NCBI GenBank assembly: GCA_021650915.1
Contig: CP091279.1
Location: 690,001-722,000, forward strand
Origin: Candidatus Brocadia sp.
GTDB taxonomy: Bacteria > Planctomycetota > Brocadiia > Brocadiales > Brocadiaceae
DNA: 32,000 nucleotides
Reading direction: 5' to 3'
The position numbers and the translations under genes are program-made. Numbering within the stretch: position 1 is the first letter of the stretch; each line of letters starts with the position of its first letter. The notes below the pieces were generated by a model, which worked only from the letters and a program-made list of their open reading frames with translations, ran no database searches and was not told the DNA's origin. Shown here piece by piece: positions 1-9,414 of this stretch.

Positions 1-386
1 GCGCATTACAAAAACCGAAGCGGTTTTTTGGAGCAGCAAGAAATATTGAAGAGGGTGGCAGTCTTACCATCATTGCCACGGCATTAATCGATACCGGTAG
101 CAGAATGGATGAGGTGATCTTTGAAGAGTTTAAAGGTACGGGGAATATGGAACTGCATCTTGACAGGAAATTGGCAGATCGCAGATTATTTCCCGCAATA
201 GACATTACCCGCTCCGGTACCCGGAAAGAAGAGTTGATCGTAAATGCAGAGGAAATTAAACGCATGTGGATGCTTCGAAAGGTGCTCAACGAAATGAATC
301 CAATCGAGGCCATGGAATTACTGAAGAACAGGCTGGCAAAATCAAAGACTAACGCTGAATTTCTCATGACGATGAATATTACGTAA
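1..386 (+). CDS. rho: Transcription termination factor Rho, C-terminal part (5' end outside window)
   Basis: The frame is open from base 3. The translation [79 protein letters not shown] is the highly conserved Rho ATPase core and C-terminus. Confidence 0.9.
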   Translation, partial: ALQKPKRFFGAARNIEEGGSLTIIATALIDTGSRMDEVIFEEFKGTGNMELHLDRKLADRRLFPAIDITRSGTRKEELIVNAEEIKRMWMLRKVLNEMNPIEAMELLKNRLAKSKTNAEFLMTMNIT

Positions 387-426
387 TCAATTTCCTTTAT
401 CTATTTGAAATTTATACCACTATCAT

Positions 427-1671
427 ATGTCTTCTCTTTTCATATATGACAAGGCTGAAAAGGTGCTGGTGATGTTGCTTGCCGGTGGACAGGGTGAACG
501 TCTCTATCCACTGACAAAAGACAGAGCGAAACCAGCGGTACCCTTCGGCGGCATCTATCGTATTATTGATTTCCCTTTAAGTAATTGTTTGAACTCGGGT
601 TTGAAAAAGATTTCCGTGTTGACACAGTACAAATCGTATTCACTTGACAGACATTTACGCATTGGCTGGAATATAGGTAATTACGAACTGGGTGAATTTA
701 TTGAAAGTATTCCACCACAAAAGAGAACAAGTGATTTGTGGTACCAGGGTACAGCCGATGCCGTCTATCAGAATATTTACGTATTAGAAAGAGAAAGACC
801 GGAAAAAGTTTTGATCCTGGCCGGTGACCATATTTATAAAATGGATTATCGTGAATTAATCGCATTCCATGAATCAAAGCAGGCAGAGGTAACCATCCCC
901 TGTCTGGAGGTTCCTTTGCACGAAGCGAATCGTTTTGGAATCGTAAGTATTAATAACGATCTGCAAATTACGGATTTTGTAGAAAAGCCGCCGCATCCCA
1001 GGCCAATACCTTCAAATCCCAATGTGGCGCTGGTGTCTATGGGAATATATTTGTTTAATACGGAGGTACTGGTAAAGCAGGTTATTGGAGACGCAAAACA
1101 GGATACCAGCCATGATTTTGGAAAAAATATTATTCCTTCAATGATCAGTAATAGCCGATTGTTTGCATATATATTTAATGATAAAAACAATAAAGCAGTG
1201 AAATATTGGAGAGATATAGGAACGCTCGACGCATACTGGGATGCGAATATGGATCTTGTTCAGGTTGAACCTATTTTTAATCTCTACGACACGTCATGGC
1301 CGATTCGTACGTATTATGAACGGTATCCGCCGGCAAAGACCGTGTTTTCAGAGCTATTTCCTGGCGGAAGGTGCGGTATGGTGCTGAATTCCCTGGTTTC
1401 CAACGGATGTATTATCAGTGGGGCACGCGTAGAGAAGTCTGTTATATCGCCAAACGTGAGAATCGAAGATCATTCCGAAGTCTACGATTCAATTATCATG
1501 GATGGTGTTCGAATCGGCAAAAATGTCAAAATTCGAAATACCATCATTGATAAATCAGTCATTGTTCCTGACGGAAAGCAGATCGGATACAATCCAGAAG
1601 AAGACGCCCGGCAGTTTACCGTAACAGAAAAAGGCATTGTTGTAGTTCCCAAGGAGTTGCCTTTGCTTTAG
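427..1671 (+). CDS. glgC: Glucose-1-phosphate adenylyltransferase
   Basis: 414 aa. N-terminal LAGGQGERLYPLTKDRAKPAVPFGG nucleotidyltransferase motif, an FVEKP motif, and a C-terminal left-handed beta-helix-like repeat region (ISPNVRIEDHSEVYDSIIMDGVRIGKNVKIRNTIID). Confidence 0.9.
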   Translation: MSSLFIYDKAEKVLVMLLAGGQGERLYPLTKDRAKPAVPFGGIYRIIDFPLSNCLNSGLKKISVLTQYKSYSLDRHLRIGWNIGNYELGEFIESIPPQKRTSDLWYQGTADAVYQNIYVLERERPEKVLILAGDHIYKMDYRELIAFHESKQAEVTIPCLEVPLHEANRFGIVSINNDLQITDFVEKPPHPRPIPSNPNVALVSMGIYLFNTEVLVKQVIGDAKQDTSHDFGKNIIPSMISNSRLFAYIFNDKNNKAVKYWRDIGTLDAYWDANMDLVQVEPIFNLYDTSWPIRTYYERYPPAKTVFSELFPGGRCGMVLNSLVSNGCIISGARVEKSVISPNVRIEDHSEVYDSIIMDGVRIGKNVKIRNTIIDKSVIVPDGKQIGYNPEEDARQFTVTEKGIVVVPKELPLL

Positions 1672-1882
1672 CCATGCTGACAAGAACGTGCAGCAGTATT
1701 CCCTTTCTCACGCAAAAACCTCTCTTTTTCCTGTCATTACATTTCTTTCTTTCAAGCACCACGCTCATCTCTCTTTCCCGGGCTTGTCTCCTCACAGGAA
1801 ATTTGTTTTTTTGTGTTTATTTTTTGATGGTAACTTTTATAATACGGCGGCTTCGTTATCCCACAAAATAACAGATATCGGT

Positions 1883-3232
1883 ATGAGCATGCTCGATCTT
1901 ACTGAAAACAACCTGAATAAAAATATCTTTAAGTTAAGCATCCCGTTGATTATTGAAAATATTTTGCATATGAGTGTTTTTATTTCAGATACCCTCATGG
2001 TCGCACGCCTGGGAACAGCGGCCATAGCAGCCGTTGGCCTGGCAGGGACCATCTTTTTTATCATCTCCATCATCTTCTCTTCCCTTAATATTGGCTCTGC
2101 AAGTATTATTGCAAGACATGTTGGGGCAAAAGAGATTGGCGCAGCGCAGATGGTAGCGGCACAGTCAATCACCCTGTCTCTTCTGCTGGGCATTCTCGCC
2201 TCACCGTTCCTCGTCCTTTTTGCAAGAAAAATGCTGGTTTTCATGAGTGCAGAGCCAATCATTGTAGATCTCGGGGTCGGATATTTGCAGATTGTCTGCG
2301 GTTTTCTGGTGTTTCGTCTTATTATGCTCGCTTGCAGCGGGATCCTGCGTGGAGCAGGCGATACCAGGACGCCGATGAAGGTAACCCTGGTCGTGAACAT
2401 CATGAACATTCTGCTGAATTGGTTGTTGATCTTTGGCATTGGACCATTTCCGGGATTAGGCGTTCCTGGAGTAGGGTGCGCTACGGTAATTGCCTATATG
2501 GTTGGCACCGGTTTGCTTCTTGCAAAACTCTTTGCAAAAGGGTCTGTTATGAAAGTCTCCCTGCAACAGATGACCCGGTTACATCTCGAAACGTTTAAGA
2601 GGATTATCCGCATCTCTATCCCGGTTGCGATCGATACCTTCCTGACCCAGATGGGATTTATGTTTTTTACCAAAATTGTTGCCATTCTTGGCACCGTTTC
2701 ACTGGCGGCACACGAAATTGCCCTTCGTATCGAATCGATCTCCTTCATGCCAGGATTTGCCCTCGCTGTGTCAACGGCTACTTTGGTGGGGCAGAGCCTT
2801 GGCGCAAAGAATATCAATCTGGCATTTCTCAGCATGAAACGCAGTTGCTATTTTGCCTTGGGATTAATGGGATTTTTTGCCGTAATCTTCCTTCTCTTTC
2901 CAGAACAGATAACCGGGTTGTTTAAACCAGAAAACAAAGTGCATTCATTGGCCACTGTTTGCCTCATGATTTCTGCCATCGAACAGCCCGCTTTAGCTGT
3001 CTATATGGTCTATGCCGGTGGTCTGCGTGGCGCCGGTGACACGGTGAGTCCCATGATTGTAGCCATTGTCGGCACGTTATTCCTCCATGTTCCCCTGGCG
3101 TATTTTTTTGGCATTACGCTTCAATGGGGACTGGCTGGGGTATGGTTTGGTGCGGCAATTGACTGGATTATCCGCGCCGTTGCCATCTACATTCTGTATA
3201 AAAGAGGAAGATGGAGAAGCGTTATGGTATAG
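1883..3232 (+). CDS. MATE family multidrug/toxin efflux transporter
   Basis: Polytopic hydrophobic protein. It has the duplicated MATE half-motifs RGAGDTRTPM and RGAGDTVSPM. The start is placed at ATG 1883 (MSMLDLTENNLNKNIFKLSIPL), because the upstream extension of ORF 1688 is not protein-like. Confidence 0.85.
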   Translation: MSMLDLTENNLNKNIFKLSIPLIIENILHMSVFISDTLMVARLGTAAIAAVGLAGTIFFIISIIFSSLNIGSASIIARHVGAKEIGAAQMVAAQSITLSLLLGILASPFLVLFARKMLVFMSAEPIIVDLGVGYLQIVCGFLVFRLIMLACSGILRGAGDTRTPMKVTLVVNIMNILLNWLLIFGIGPFPGLGVPGVGCATVIAYMVGTGLLLAKLFAKGSVMKVSLQQMTRLHLETFKRIIRISIPVAIDTFLTQMGFMFFTKIVAILGTVSLAAHEIALRIESISFMPGFALAVSTATLVGQSLGAKNINLAFLSMKRSCYFALGLMGFFAVIFLLFPEQITGLFKPENKVHSLATVCLMISAIEQPALAVYMVYAGGLRGAGDTVSPMIVAIVGTLFLHVPLAYFFGITLQWGLAGVWFGAAIDWIIRAVAIYILYKRGRWRSVMV

Positions 3233-3304
3233 GAGCGCCTGATTGCGTAAATTATCGTATATTATCCTCGCATTCAAGATAATCCTTATTGTTTCTTATC
3301 GCAA

Positions 3305-4915
3305 TCAGGCAGGCGTATAATTCTTTTGTCGTTCGTTCATGATCGGGGTTATTCTTCGTGACGACACTTCGTAGTCGGTCAGGAGGTCGTAGAACAGGTC
3401 TGGTTTTTTTTCCTTGAGCTCAATCATATAATCCAGAAATTTCTGGGTGCCATCTCCCAAAACCTTTTTGGTTTTTTCCATGAGAAAAGGATGTTCCTGT
3501 GCTTCATAGATGAAAGGTTTATCAGGATTTGCCTGTTGAAACAATTTAACATCCTGAATAAAATGGAGGATATAAATCATATCCTGAAAGAGCGTGTCCA
3601 TGCCGTAGGTGCTTGCCCGATCCATGAAGTCACGAAATACGGAATACGCTGCAACATACTCCCGAATAACCAATTCCATTGCATCAAGTGAAAAGTATTC
3701 CAGGTGATCCGCTTCACTGCGTAATTGCTTTAATTCATCTAACCCGGCATTTTTGATTTTCGGCATGGTTATCACCGGAAACTTCAACGAATTAAAATTG
3801 GTGATAAAAAGATTCCGCATCTCTGACCGGTACAGGTAACTCTTTATGTACATCAATTGATTAAATTTTTCTGCCTTCTCTTTCCTTTCCAGAAGCTTTT
3901 CTATTAATAGGGCTCCCAGCAATACCTCTAGGGGGATTGCTGCCACATGCAGCAGAAATTCGATATGGGTCGCATAGAACACATACAAAAAGAGGGACGA
4001 TGCGGTTGACAGAGAAAGATAGAGCCATGCCTTTTTGGTAAACTTCGCCAGAGACAGGGTGAATTTCCATGAAAAGCCTTCCAGCCGCCGGGACTGATTA
4101 ACCGCGGTTTTTTTGTATACGCTCAACAAACTCGTTTGCGTGGCGATGATCGATTTAAGCCGCTCAGTCTCCTCAAGCACGGTCTTTTCGTTTACGTAGA
4201 TTTTTTTTGATACAAAGGGCAATACCGCCATTCTCATATTTAAGGCAAGATATTTGAACATCTCCGCCGTATTCCCAGGGACCCTCATTTTTGAAAAGAT
4301 AACTACCGTAAATAAATTTCCCGTAGGTAACATACTGCCAAACCCCAATGCCGATTTAATTCCAAAGGGGATCACAAAGGTGTCCTGCGCTGGAATATGC
4401 GGACTTCCAACCGCGTCGGGAACGTGAAATACATTAAATATCTTGCTTTCCAGCTCAATCTCAGGGGTTGGGTGGGGATTAAGCACATCGTTTATATCTA
4501 TTCCTAACTGGTAAACCAATTGTGCAATCATGGGGTGTTTGTCCGCCGTTTGCTTATCTACCAGGGGGATAACGCGGTGCCATCGGGAAAGCTCCCTGGT
4601 ATTCCACTCAGGCTGCACTCCCGCAGTCGCCATGAGGACCAAACAACTCGTAGTTTTGGTCAAAGGTTGGTTCCCTGCCATTTTACCTGCTAATTGACGT
4701 AACGGATCATCAAGGCTCTCATAGGGGTATGTCATAAAAAAACGCACCAGCGCAGCAGACTTTTCACCTGTTCGCTTGTCAATAAGATGATCATAAAAAT
4801 AACGCACCAGCGAATTGGTCAATTCCTCCAAGTTTCTTGCTTTATACCCAAGATGTTCCAGCGCATCTCCGCATTGGGTCATGTCCTGAATGGTAAAATT
4901 TGTCAGATCGTACAT
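3305..4915 (-). CDS. Hypothetical membrane protein with an N-terminal soluble domain, two central TM helices and a C-terminal helical domain
   Basis: Long 536-aa ORF. Hydrophobic segments AWLYLSLSTASSLFLYVFYA and LLHVAAIPLEVLLGALLI lie mid-protein. No family motif was recognised by eye. Confidence 0.7.
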   Translation of the reverse strand: MYDLTNFTIQDMTQCGDALEHLGYKARNLEELTNSLVRYFYDHLIDKRTGEKSAALVRFFMTYPYESLDDPLRQLAGKMAGNQPLTKTTSCLVLMATAGVQPEWNTRELSRWHRVIPLVDKQTADKHPMIAQLVYQLGIDINDVLNPHPTPEIELESKIFNVFHVPDAVGSPHIPAQDTFVIPFGIKSALGFGSMLPTGNLFTVVIFSKMRVPGNTAEMFKYLALNMRMAVLPFVSKKIYVNEKTVLEETERLKSIIATQTSLLSVYKKTAVNQSRRLEGFSWKFTLSLAKFTKKAWLYLSLSTASSLFLYVFYATHIEFLLHVAAIPLEVLLGALLIEKLLERKEKAEKFNQLMYIKSYLYRSEMRNLFITNFNSLKFPVITMPKIKNAGLDELKQLRSEADHLEYFSLDAMELVIREYVAAYSVFRDFMDRASTYGMDTLFQDMIYILHFIQDVKLFQQANPDKPFIYEAQEHPFLMEKTKKVLGDGTQKFLDYMIELKEKKPDLFYDLLTDYEVSSRRITPIMNERQKNYTPA

Positions 4916-5231
4916 GGGATTATTTCCTTTTAATATTGATCAATACTCTGCTGACACAAATATCTATTTTAATAAAATTCCATCTGGCTTTCATTATGCA
5001 AAGTTATAAACTATTCTGATACAAAATTCCAATGAAGATTGGCGTACAAAGCAACAAGGCCGCAAAAAATCCTTGCATCGTGTTTTTTGCTGATTTATTA
5101 TCGCATATTATAGTCTTGCATAAGCGTCTAACAAAAATATGAATGGACATAACCCTGTCAGGGTTTTGAATCCTGACGGGGCTGACTTGCTTTTCCGACT
5201 CGTTCGGGTTGCGAAATTGAAAGGGAAAATT

Positions 5232-6584
5232 ATGAATTGGCAAAAGACAGTACCGGCAGTGCTGGTTGTCTGTATACTCTTTTCGGGCTGTACTATACTG
5301 CATAAGGAGACACGAGATACGTCCGCGTTATTATCTCATGCCGTTACCAGGGACATACAAGCAGGAATTGAGACCCATATCGAAGAGCAAAATCGCCTGG
5401 GTGGCGGCCATTTCATATTATCTTTTCGAGGTAAAGAACTCAAACTGAAGCTGGTGCGCGTCCACACCGAGTATTTGGCCACGCTGGAGACAGGCGTGCA
5501 TTTCGCGTGCGTTGATCTGGCTTGCGCTGATGGGACGGTATACGACGTGGATTTTTTTCTTTCCGGTGATCCGGGTGAAATGATTGTGACCGAAACGACC
5601 GTTCACAAGGTTAACGGGAAACCTTTATATGTATGGAAGCAGCGGAGTGATAAAACGTGGCACCGTGTCGCCCTGGACAAGGCAACACCGGAATTGCTGG
5701 GTGTAATCACCGGCAGAGATGAATTTGAGTTTGTCTACCGGGCATTCCTGCCAGAGATCAACGATTCTGCCGCTCTGTGGCTGCCTTTGCCGTCATCAGA
5801 TGGATTTCAGACCATCAGCGTCAAAGCGATAGATGTCCCTGCCCGATATAAAATTCTGCTTGAGCCTGAATATGGCAACCGGGTTCTTTTTATGAAACTT
5901 GGCCCCGAACACAGTGGTCAGGCTGTCACCATGCGATTTCAGGTGCAGCGTCTGGAAAAGGGTGTTTATGACGCGGGAACTTTCGATGAGAAAAAATATC
6001 TTCAGCCGGAATCTCTTATGCCGGACGAACAGATGTTTCGCGATTTGGCCGATTCAATTGTAGACGGCAAGACCGGCGACCTTGTTCGCGCAAGGGCGCT
6101 TTACGATTATGTGATCGACAATGTTCGGTATGCCCGGTTTGGCTCAGGCTGGGGCCAGGGAGACGCCATCTATGCCTGTAATGCGCGCAGCGGGAACTGT
6201 TCCGATTTTCATGCCTTCTTTATCGCCTTGTGTCGGTCAATCGGTATTCCGGCGCGTTTTGCCATCGGGGCGGCAATTCCTTCCGAGCGTAATGAGGGCG
6301 GCATTGACGGCTATCATTGCTGGGCTGAATTTTACACCGAAGGCAGGTGGTGGCCGGTGGACATAAGCGAGGCCAATAAGTGCAGCAGCTTGGCGTCGTA
6401 TTTTTTTTGCCATCATCCGGCAAACCGCATTGAACTGAGCCGCGGCCGCGATTTGAAACCAGACCCACGGCCGGTATCAGGCCCAATCAATTTTCTGGTA
6501 TATCCGGTGCTGGAAATCGGCGGGAAGCCGGCACAGGCAAAAGTGGTATTTGCATTCAGCCGGAATCCTGCCGGTAGGCCATGA
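5232..6584 (+). CDS. Transglutaminase-like (Cys-His-Asp) lipoprotein
   Basis: Start at ATG 5232 gives a signal peptide with lipobox MNWQKTVPAVLVVCILFSGC. The C-terminal core has GNCSDFHAFFIALCRSIGIPARF, then GYHCWAEFY, then WWPVDISE, which is the classic transglutaminase-core C/H/D arrangement. Confidence 0.8.
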   Translation: MNWQKTVPAVLVVCILFSGCTILHKETRDTSALLSHAVTRDIQAGIETHIEEQNRLGGGHFILSFRGKELKLKLVRVHTEYLATLETGVHFACVDLACADGTVYDVDFFLSGDPGEMIVTETTVHKVNGKPLYVWKQRSDKTWHRVALDKATPELLGVITGRDEFEFVYRAFLPEINDSAALWLPLPSSDGFQTISVKAIDVPARYKILLEPEYGNRVLFMKLGPEHSGQAVTMRFQVQRLEKGVYDAGTFDEKKYLQPESLMPDEQMFRDLADSIVDGKTGDLVRARALYDYVIDNVRYARFGSGWGQGDAIYACNARSGNCSDFHAFFIALCRSIGIPARFAIGAAIPSERNEGGIDGYHCWAEFYTEGRWWPVDISEANKCSSLASYFFCHHPANRIELSRGRDLKPDPRPVSGPINFLVYPVLEIGGKPAQAKVVFAFSRNPAGRP

Positions 6585-6586
6585 AA

Positions 6587-7780
6587 TTATGCTCGTCCTT
6601 TTAACATACCATGCCAGTACATCCTTGGCAAAACATACGCTTTCAAGGCATACATGCTGTAACGTTCCTGCGATTGGTCAAAAGGAAAAGTTTCCCGCGG
6701 ATTTAATGTATAGTCAAATTCGGCGAGAATGAGGCTTCCGTATCCGGTGACAATGGGACAGGCGGTATAACCGTCGTAGGTGCCCATCAATGGCGTCCCG
6801 TTCATTTTTGACAATAAGTTTCCGACAAGTACCGGCGCCTGTTTCCGGATGGCCGCAGCGGTCTTTGACGTGGGAAGGCTGCTGCAGTCACCAATTGCAA
6901 AGATATTTTTAAAACGGTTATGTTGCAGAGTATCTTTATGTACGTCCACCCATCCATTTTCACCGGCAAGCGGACTTTTTTTTAAAAAATCGGGGGCGCT
7001 CATCGGCGGGGTAACGTGAATCATGTCGTATTTCATGACGATGTCCTCACCGGATTCCGTCTTCTTAAAGACTGCCTCCTTTTTATCCGGTCGTAATTCT
7101 ACAAGATTATGCTGATACCGAACGTCAATTCCTTTCCTTTTGGCTACTTCCACAAGTGCATTTGCATATTTTTTCACGGAAAAAATAACCCCTTGAGGAA
7201 GTGCAAAGGTAAGGGAACTCTTTTCCCGTACACCTGACTTCCGGAAATAGTGCTCTGCCAGGTAACAGATTTTCTGTGGCGCCCCGCCGCACTTAATAGG
7301 AGTGTTTGGCTGGGTAAAGATGGCATTACCGCCTTTAAAATTGCGGATACTTTCCCATGTTGAATTGACAGTATGGTATGAATAATTACTACACATCCCG
7401 TTATTCCCGATCGATTCCTTAAGACCGGGAATCTTGTCCCAATCAAGTTGAATTCCGGCTGCAATAATCAGGTATTGGTATTCTATGGTTTTTCCTGTTT
7501 CCGTAGTGAGATAGTTGTTGCCGGGATCAAACCGGACAACCCTGTCCTTTATCCAGACAACCCCCGGGGGTATGACGTCTTTTGTGTTCTTTTCTGATGC
7601 CTCCCGGGGAAATACCCCTGCACCAACCAGTGTCCATATTGGTTGGTAGTAATGTTTCTCTGAAGGTTCAATTATGGCAATCTTCTGAGGATTACTGATC
7701 CTGCTTAGTTGTGCTGCTACCGTAATGCCGGCAGTTCCGCCACCGACAATTACCAGCTGATAAGTGTCTTTTTGCGACAT
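6587..7780 (-). CDS. sqr: Sulfide:quinone oxidoreductase, type II (mitochondrial SQOR-like flavoprotein)
   Basis: FAD-binding motif VIVGGGTAGITVAAQ. Blocks EPSEKHYYQPIWTLVGAG, NTPIKCGGAPQKICYLAEHYFRKSG, HVTPPMSAPDF, GDCSSLPTSKTAAAI and YDGYTACPIVTGYGSLILAEFDY recall SQOR/SQRDL-type enzymes along the full length. Confidence 0.85.
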   Translation of the reverse strand: MSQKDTYQLVIVGGGTAGITVAAQLSRISNPQKIAIIEPSEKHYYQPIWTLVGAGVFPREASEKNTKDVIPPGVVWIKDRVVRFDPGNNYLTTETGKTIEYQYLIIAAGIQLDWDKIPGLKESIGNNGMCSNYSYHTVNSTWESIRNFKGGNAIFTQPNTPIKCGGAPQKICYLAEHYFRKSGVREKSSLTFALPQGVIFSVKKYANALVEVAKRKGIDVRYQHNLVELRPDKKEAVFKKTESGEDIVMKYDMIHVTPPMSAPDFLKKSPLAGENGWVDVHKDTLQHNRFKNIFAIGDCSSLPTSKTAAAIRKQAPVLVGNLLSKMNGTPLMGTYDGYTACPIVTGYGSLILAEFDYTLNPRETFPFDQSQERYSMYALKAYVLPRMYWHGMLKGRA

Positions 7781-7839
7781 GAAAGGTCTCCTCTATGCTG
7801 AGAGTGCTGTGGAAAAGCTCTTGTGGGTCAGACAAATAG

Positions 7840-8550
7840 TTACAATTCTTTATCTTTGAGCAGACGACCAAATCGTTTGCAAAAATTGATAAGAAATCCG
7901 AGTGCGCATTGTATGTCGCCATTTCCAAACGCCTTTATCAGTCCTACTATTCCCATTTTCTTCGGACGATCTTCTTTGCATTCAGCAAGTACGCAGCCGG
8001 CTTGTGCCACAATATTTACCGACTTCGGGTTCAGAATACCGGAATTCATGAGCGCTTTCAATCCGTCTGATTTGATGAGTTCGTTCAATTGTGCAACTGC
8101 ATCTTTTCCTTGCCCCATGATCCGTTCAAAATCGATTCCTGAACGTTCTGTACCTTTGCACAGTTCATCAAGTGAGTCTACAATCATTGCCAGGATGTCG
8201 GGCACTTTTTCGAATTGTTTCAGGAGGGGCGTCATGGCGTCGAGAGTATTCATAAAGTGAGAAAGGGCATCGATCTTTTTGGGATCGGTGAGCTGGACTA
8301 ACAAACTAGCTGATTTTTTCAAACGTTCTTCTATATCAATACCTGATGCTGCAGCATTGCGATAGAACTCATCCGCAATATCGGTTGTTATCGCCAGCAT
8401 CGCAGGAAGTTTTTTGATAAAAGCATCGATGGTTGATAATGATCTCTCCAGAGAATCAATACGCACGGATAGAGGTGTTAAAAGTTCCATTATTTTGTGA
8501 ACATCCCTATTGTCTTGTAATGCAGGTTCGTTTGTTTTGCTATATTCCAT
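7840..8550 (-). CDS. DUF1641-like helical protein, co-oriented directly upstream of sqr
   Basis: 236 aa, all-helical and repetitive. The C-terminus GIVGLIKAFGNGDIQCALGFLINFCKRFG resembles the DUF1641 signature. It lies 59 bp upstream of the flavoprotein gene on the same strand. Confidence 0.55.
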   Translation of the reverse strand: MEYSKTNEPALQDNRDVHKIMELLTPLSVRIDSLERSLSTIDAFIKKLPAMLAITTDIADEFYRNAAASGIDIEERLKKSASLLVQLTDPKKIDALSHFMNTLDAMTPLLKQFEKVPDILAMIVDSLDELCKGTERSGIDFERIMGQGKDAVAQLNELIKSDGLKALMNSGILNPKSVNIVAQAGCVLAECKEDRPKKMGIVGLIKAFGNGDIQCALGFLINFCKRFGRLLKDKEL

Positions 8551-8716
8551 GGCTCATCCTTACGATCTTTTCTTTTGGGTCCATACCAGTTGATATAATA
8601 CCTTTATCCCGTGCTTGCGCAAGACACAGGTATTAATTTTACTTGACTTATCATAAAAAAGCATTAGCATTTTTTTATGTTATCACAAAAGACTTATTTT
8701 GTTTTCAACCGGTAAG

Positions 8717-9127
8717 ATGCTATTGAAACACTTTAACAGAAAAAGAGACATTGGGAATATCTTTTTTGTTGCGCTCATTATTCCCTATCTCCTCTTGTGT
8801 CTTACGATGGGGGGGTTTCATGAAGGTATCTCCGGCGCCAATCACTGTAGCCATGATCTGCAATCCGGCTCTTATGGTAATCATGATGACGCTGGCTGCC
8901 GTCTGGTTGAAAAAAGAGATACTATTGCTCAGCATGACTCTGAAACATGTCAAATATGCCACTGGTTGAAGACACCTTCAGCCTCAGAGTCATTTTTAAC
9001 CGTAGACGCACAATTTGGTTTTGTATGCATTCGTTCTCCGGGAAATTTCAAGCTCTTACTACCGTCTTTATCCATCCAAAAATTTACCATTCGTCCGCCT
9101 CCCGCAGGCTCCTGTTTTTCTGCTTAG
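8717..9127 (+). CDS. Possible small membrane-anchored His/Cys-rich protein (putative metal-associated)
   Basis: ATG 8717. One N-terminal TM helix (IFFVALIIPYLLLCLTMGG) is followed by HCSHD, HDD and HDSETCQICHW. It sits at the head of a metal-uptake cluster. It competes with overlapping ORFs 8720-8962(-) and 8751-8969(+), so coding status is uncertain. Confidence 0.35.
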   Translation: MLLKHFNRKRDIGNIFFVALIIPYLLLCLTMGGFHEGISGANHCSHDLQSGSYGNHDDAGCRLVEKRDTIAQHDSETCQICHWLKTPSASESFLTVDAQFGFVCIRSPGNFKLLLPSLSIQKFTIRPPPAGSCFSA

Positions 9128-9414
9128 ACAAACCATTCAGGCCGTAAAAATGTTCCGGCATAAAAAAGTGCCGCCGCATTGCTGAAAGGTATTCCTTCGT
9201 GTCGTCTTCAGCTGCCTTTGGCAGCAACTTTTAAGTTTCCCAATAAAGAAAGAGATGTCGAGGGTATAAAAGGCGTTTTGACATACCCCGTAATCATTCG
9301 ACTGAGCGCTCGCGATGAAATCCCTTCTTTTAGAGTGGAATCATAAAAGGTTGAAATCCCTGGTAGTGCAGAGCGCCTATTTGACACTACGAGGCATTTA
9401 TAAAGGAGGATAGT

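Noticed and set aside
1674-1882. Upstream extension of the MATE ORF (start at 1688) and the overlapping 65-aa ORF 1674-1871.
   Set aside because: The extension (MQQYSLSHAKTSLFPVITFLSFKHH...) is not MATE-like. The family-typical N-terminus begins at ATG 1883.
846-2835. Antisense ORFs inside glgC and the MATE gene (846-1190, 1837-2439 and 2494-2835 on the minus strand; 2332-2598 on the + strand out of frame).
   Set aside because: These are shadow ORFs fully embedded in confidently identified genes. Their translations are compositionally odd (R/P/S-rich) and carry no motifs.
5004-5303. The 99-aa minus-strand ORF, and the 5139-5231 extension of the transglutaminase-like ORF.
   Set aside because: The lipoprotein signal peptide begins at ATG 5232. 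The remainder lies in a divergent promoter region and lacks protein-like features.
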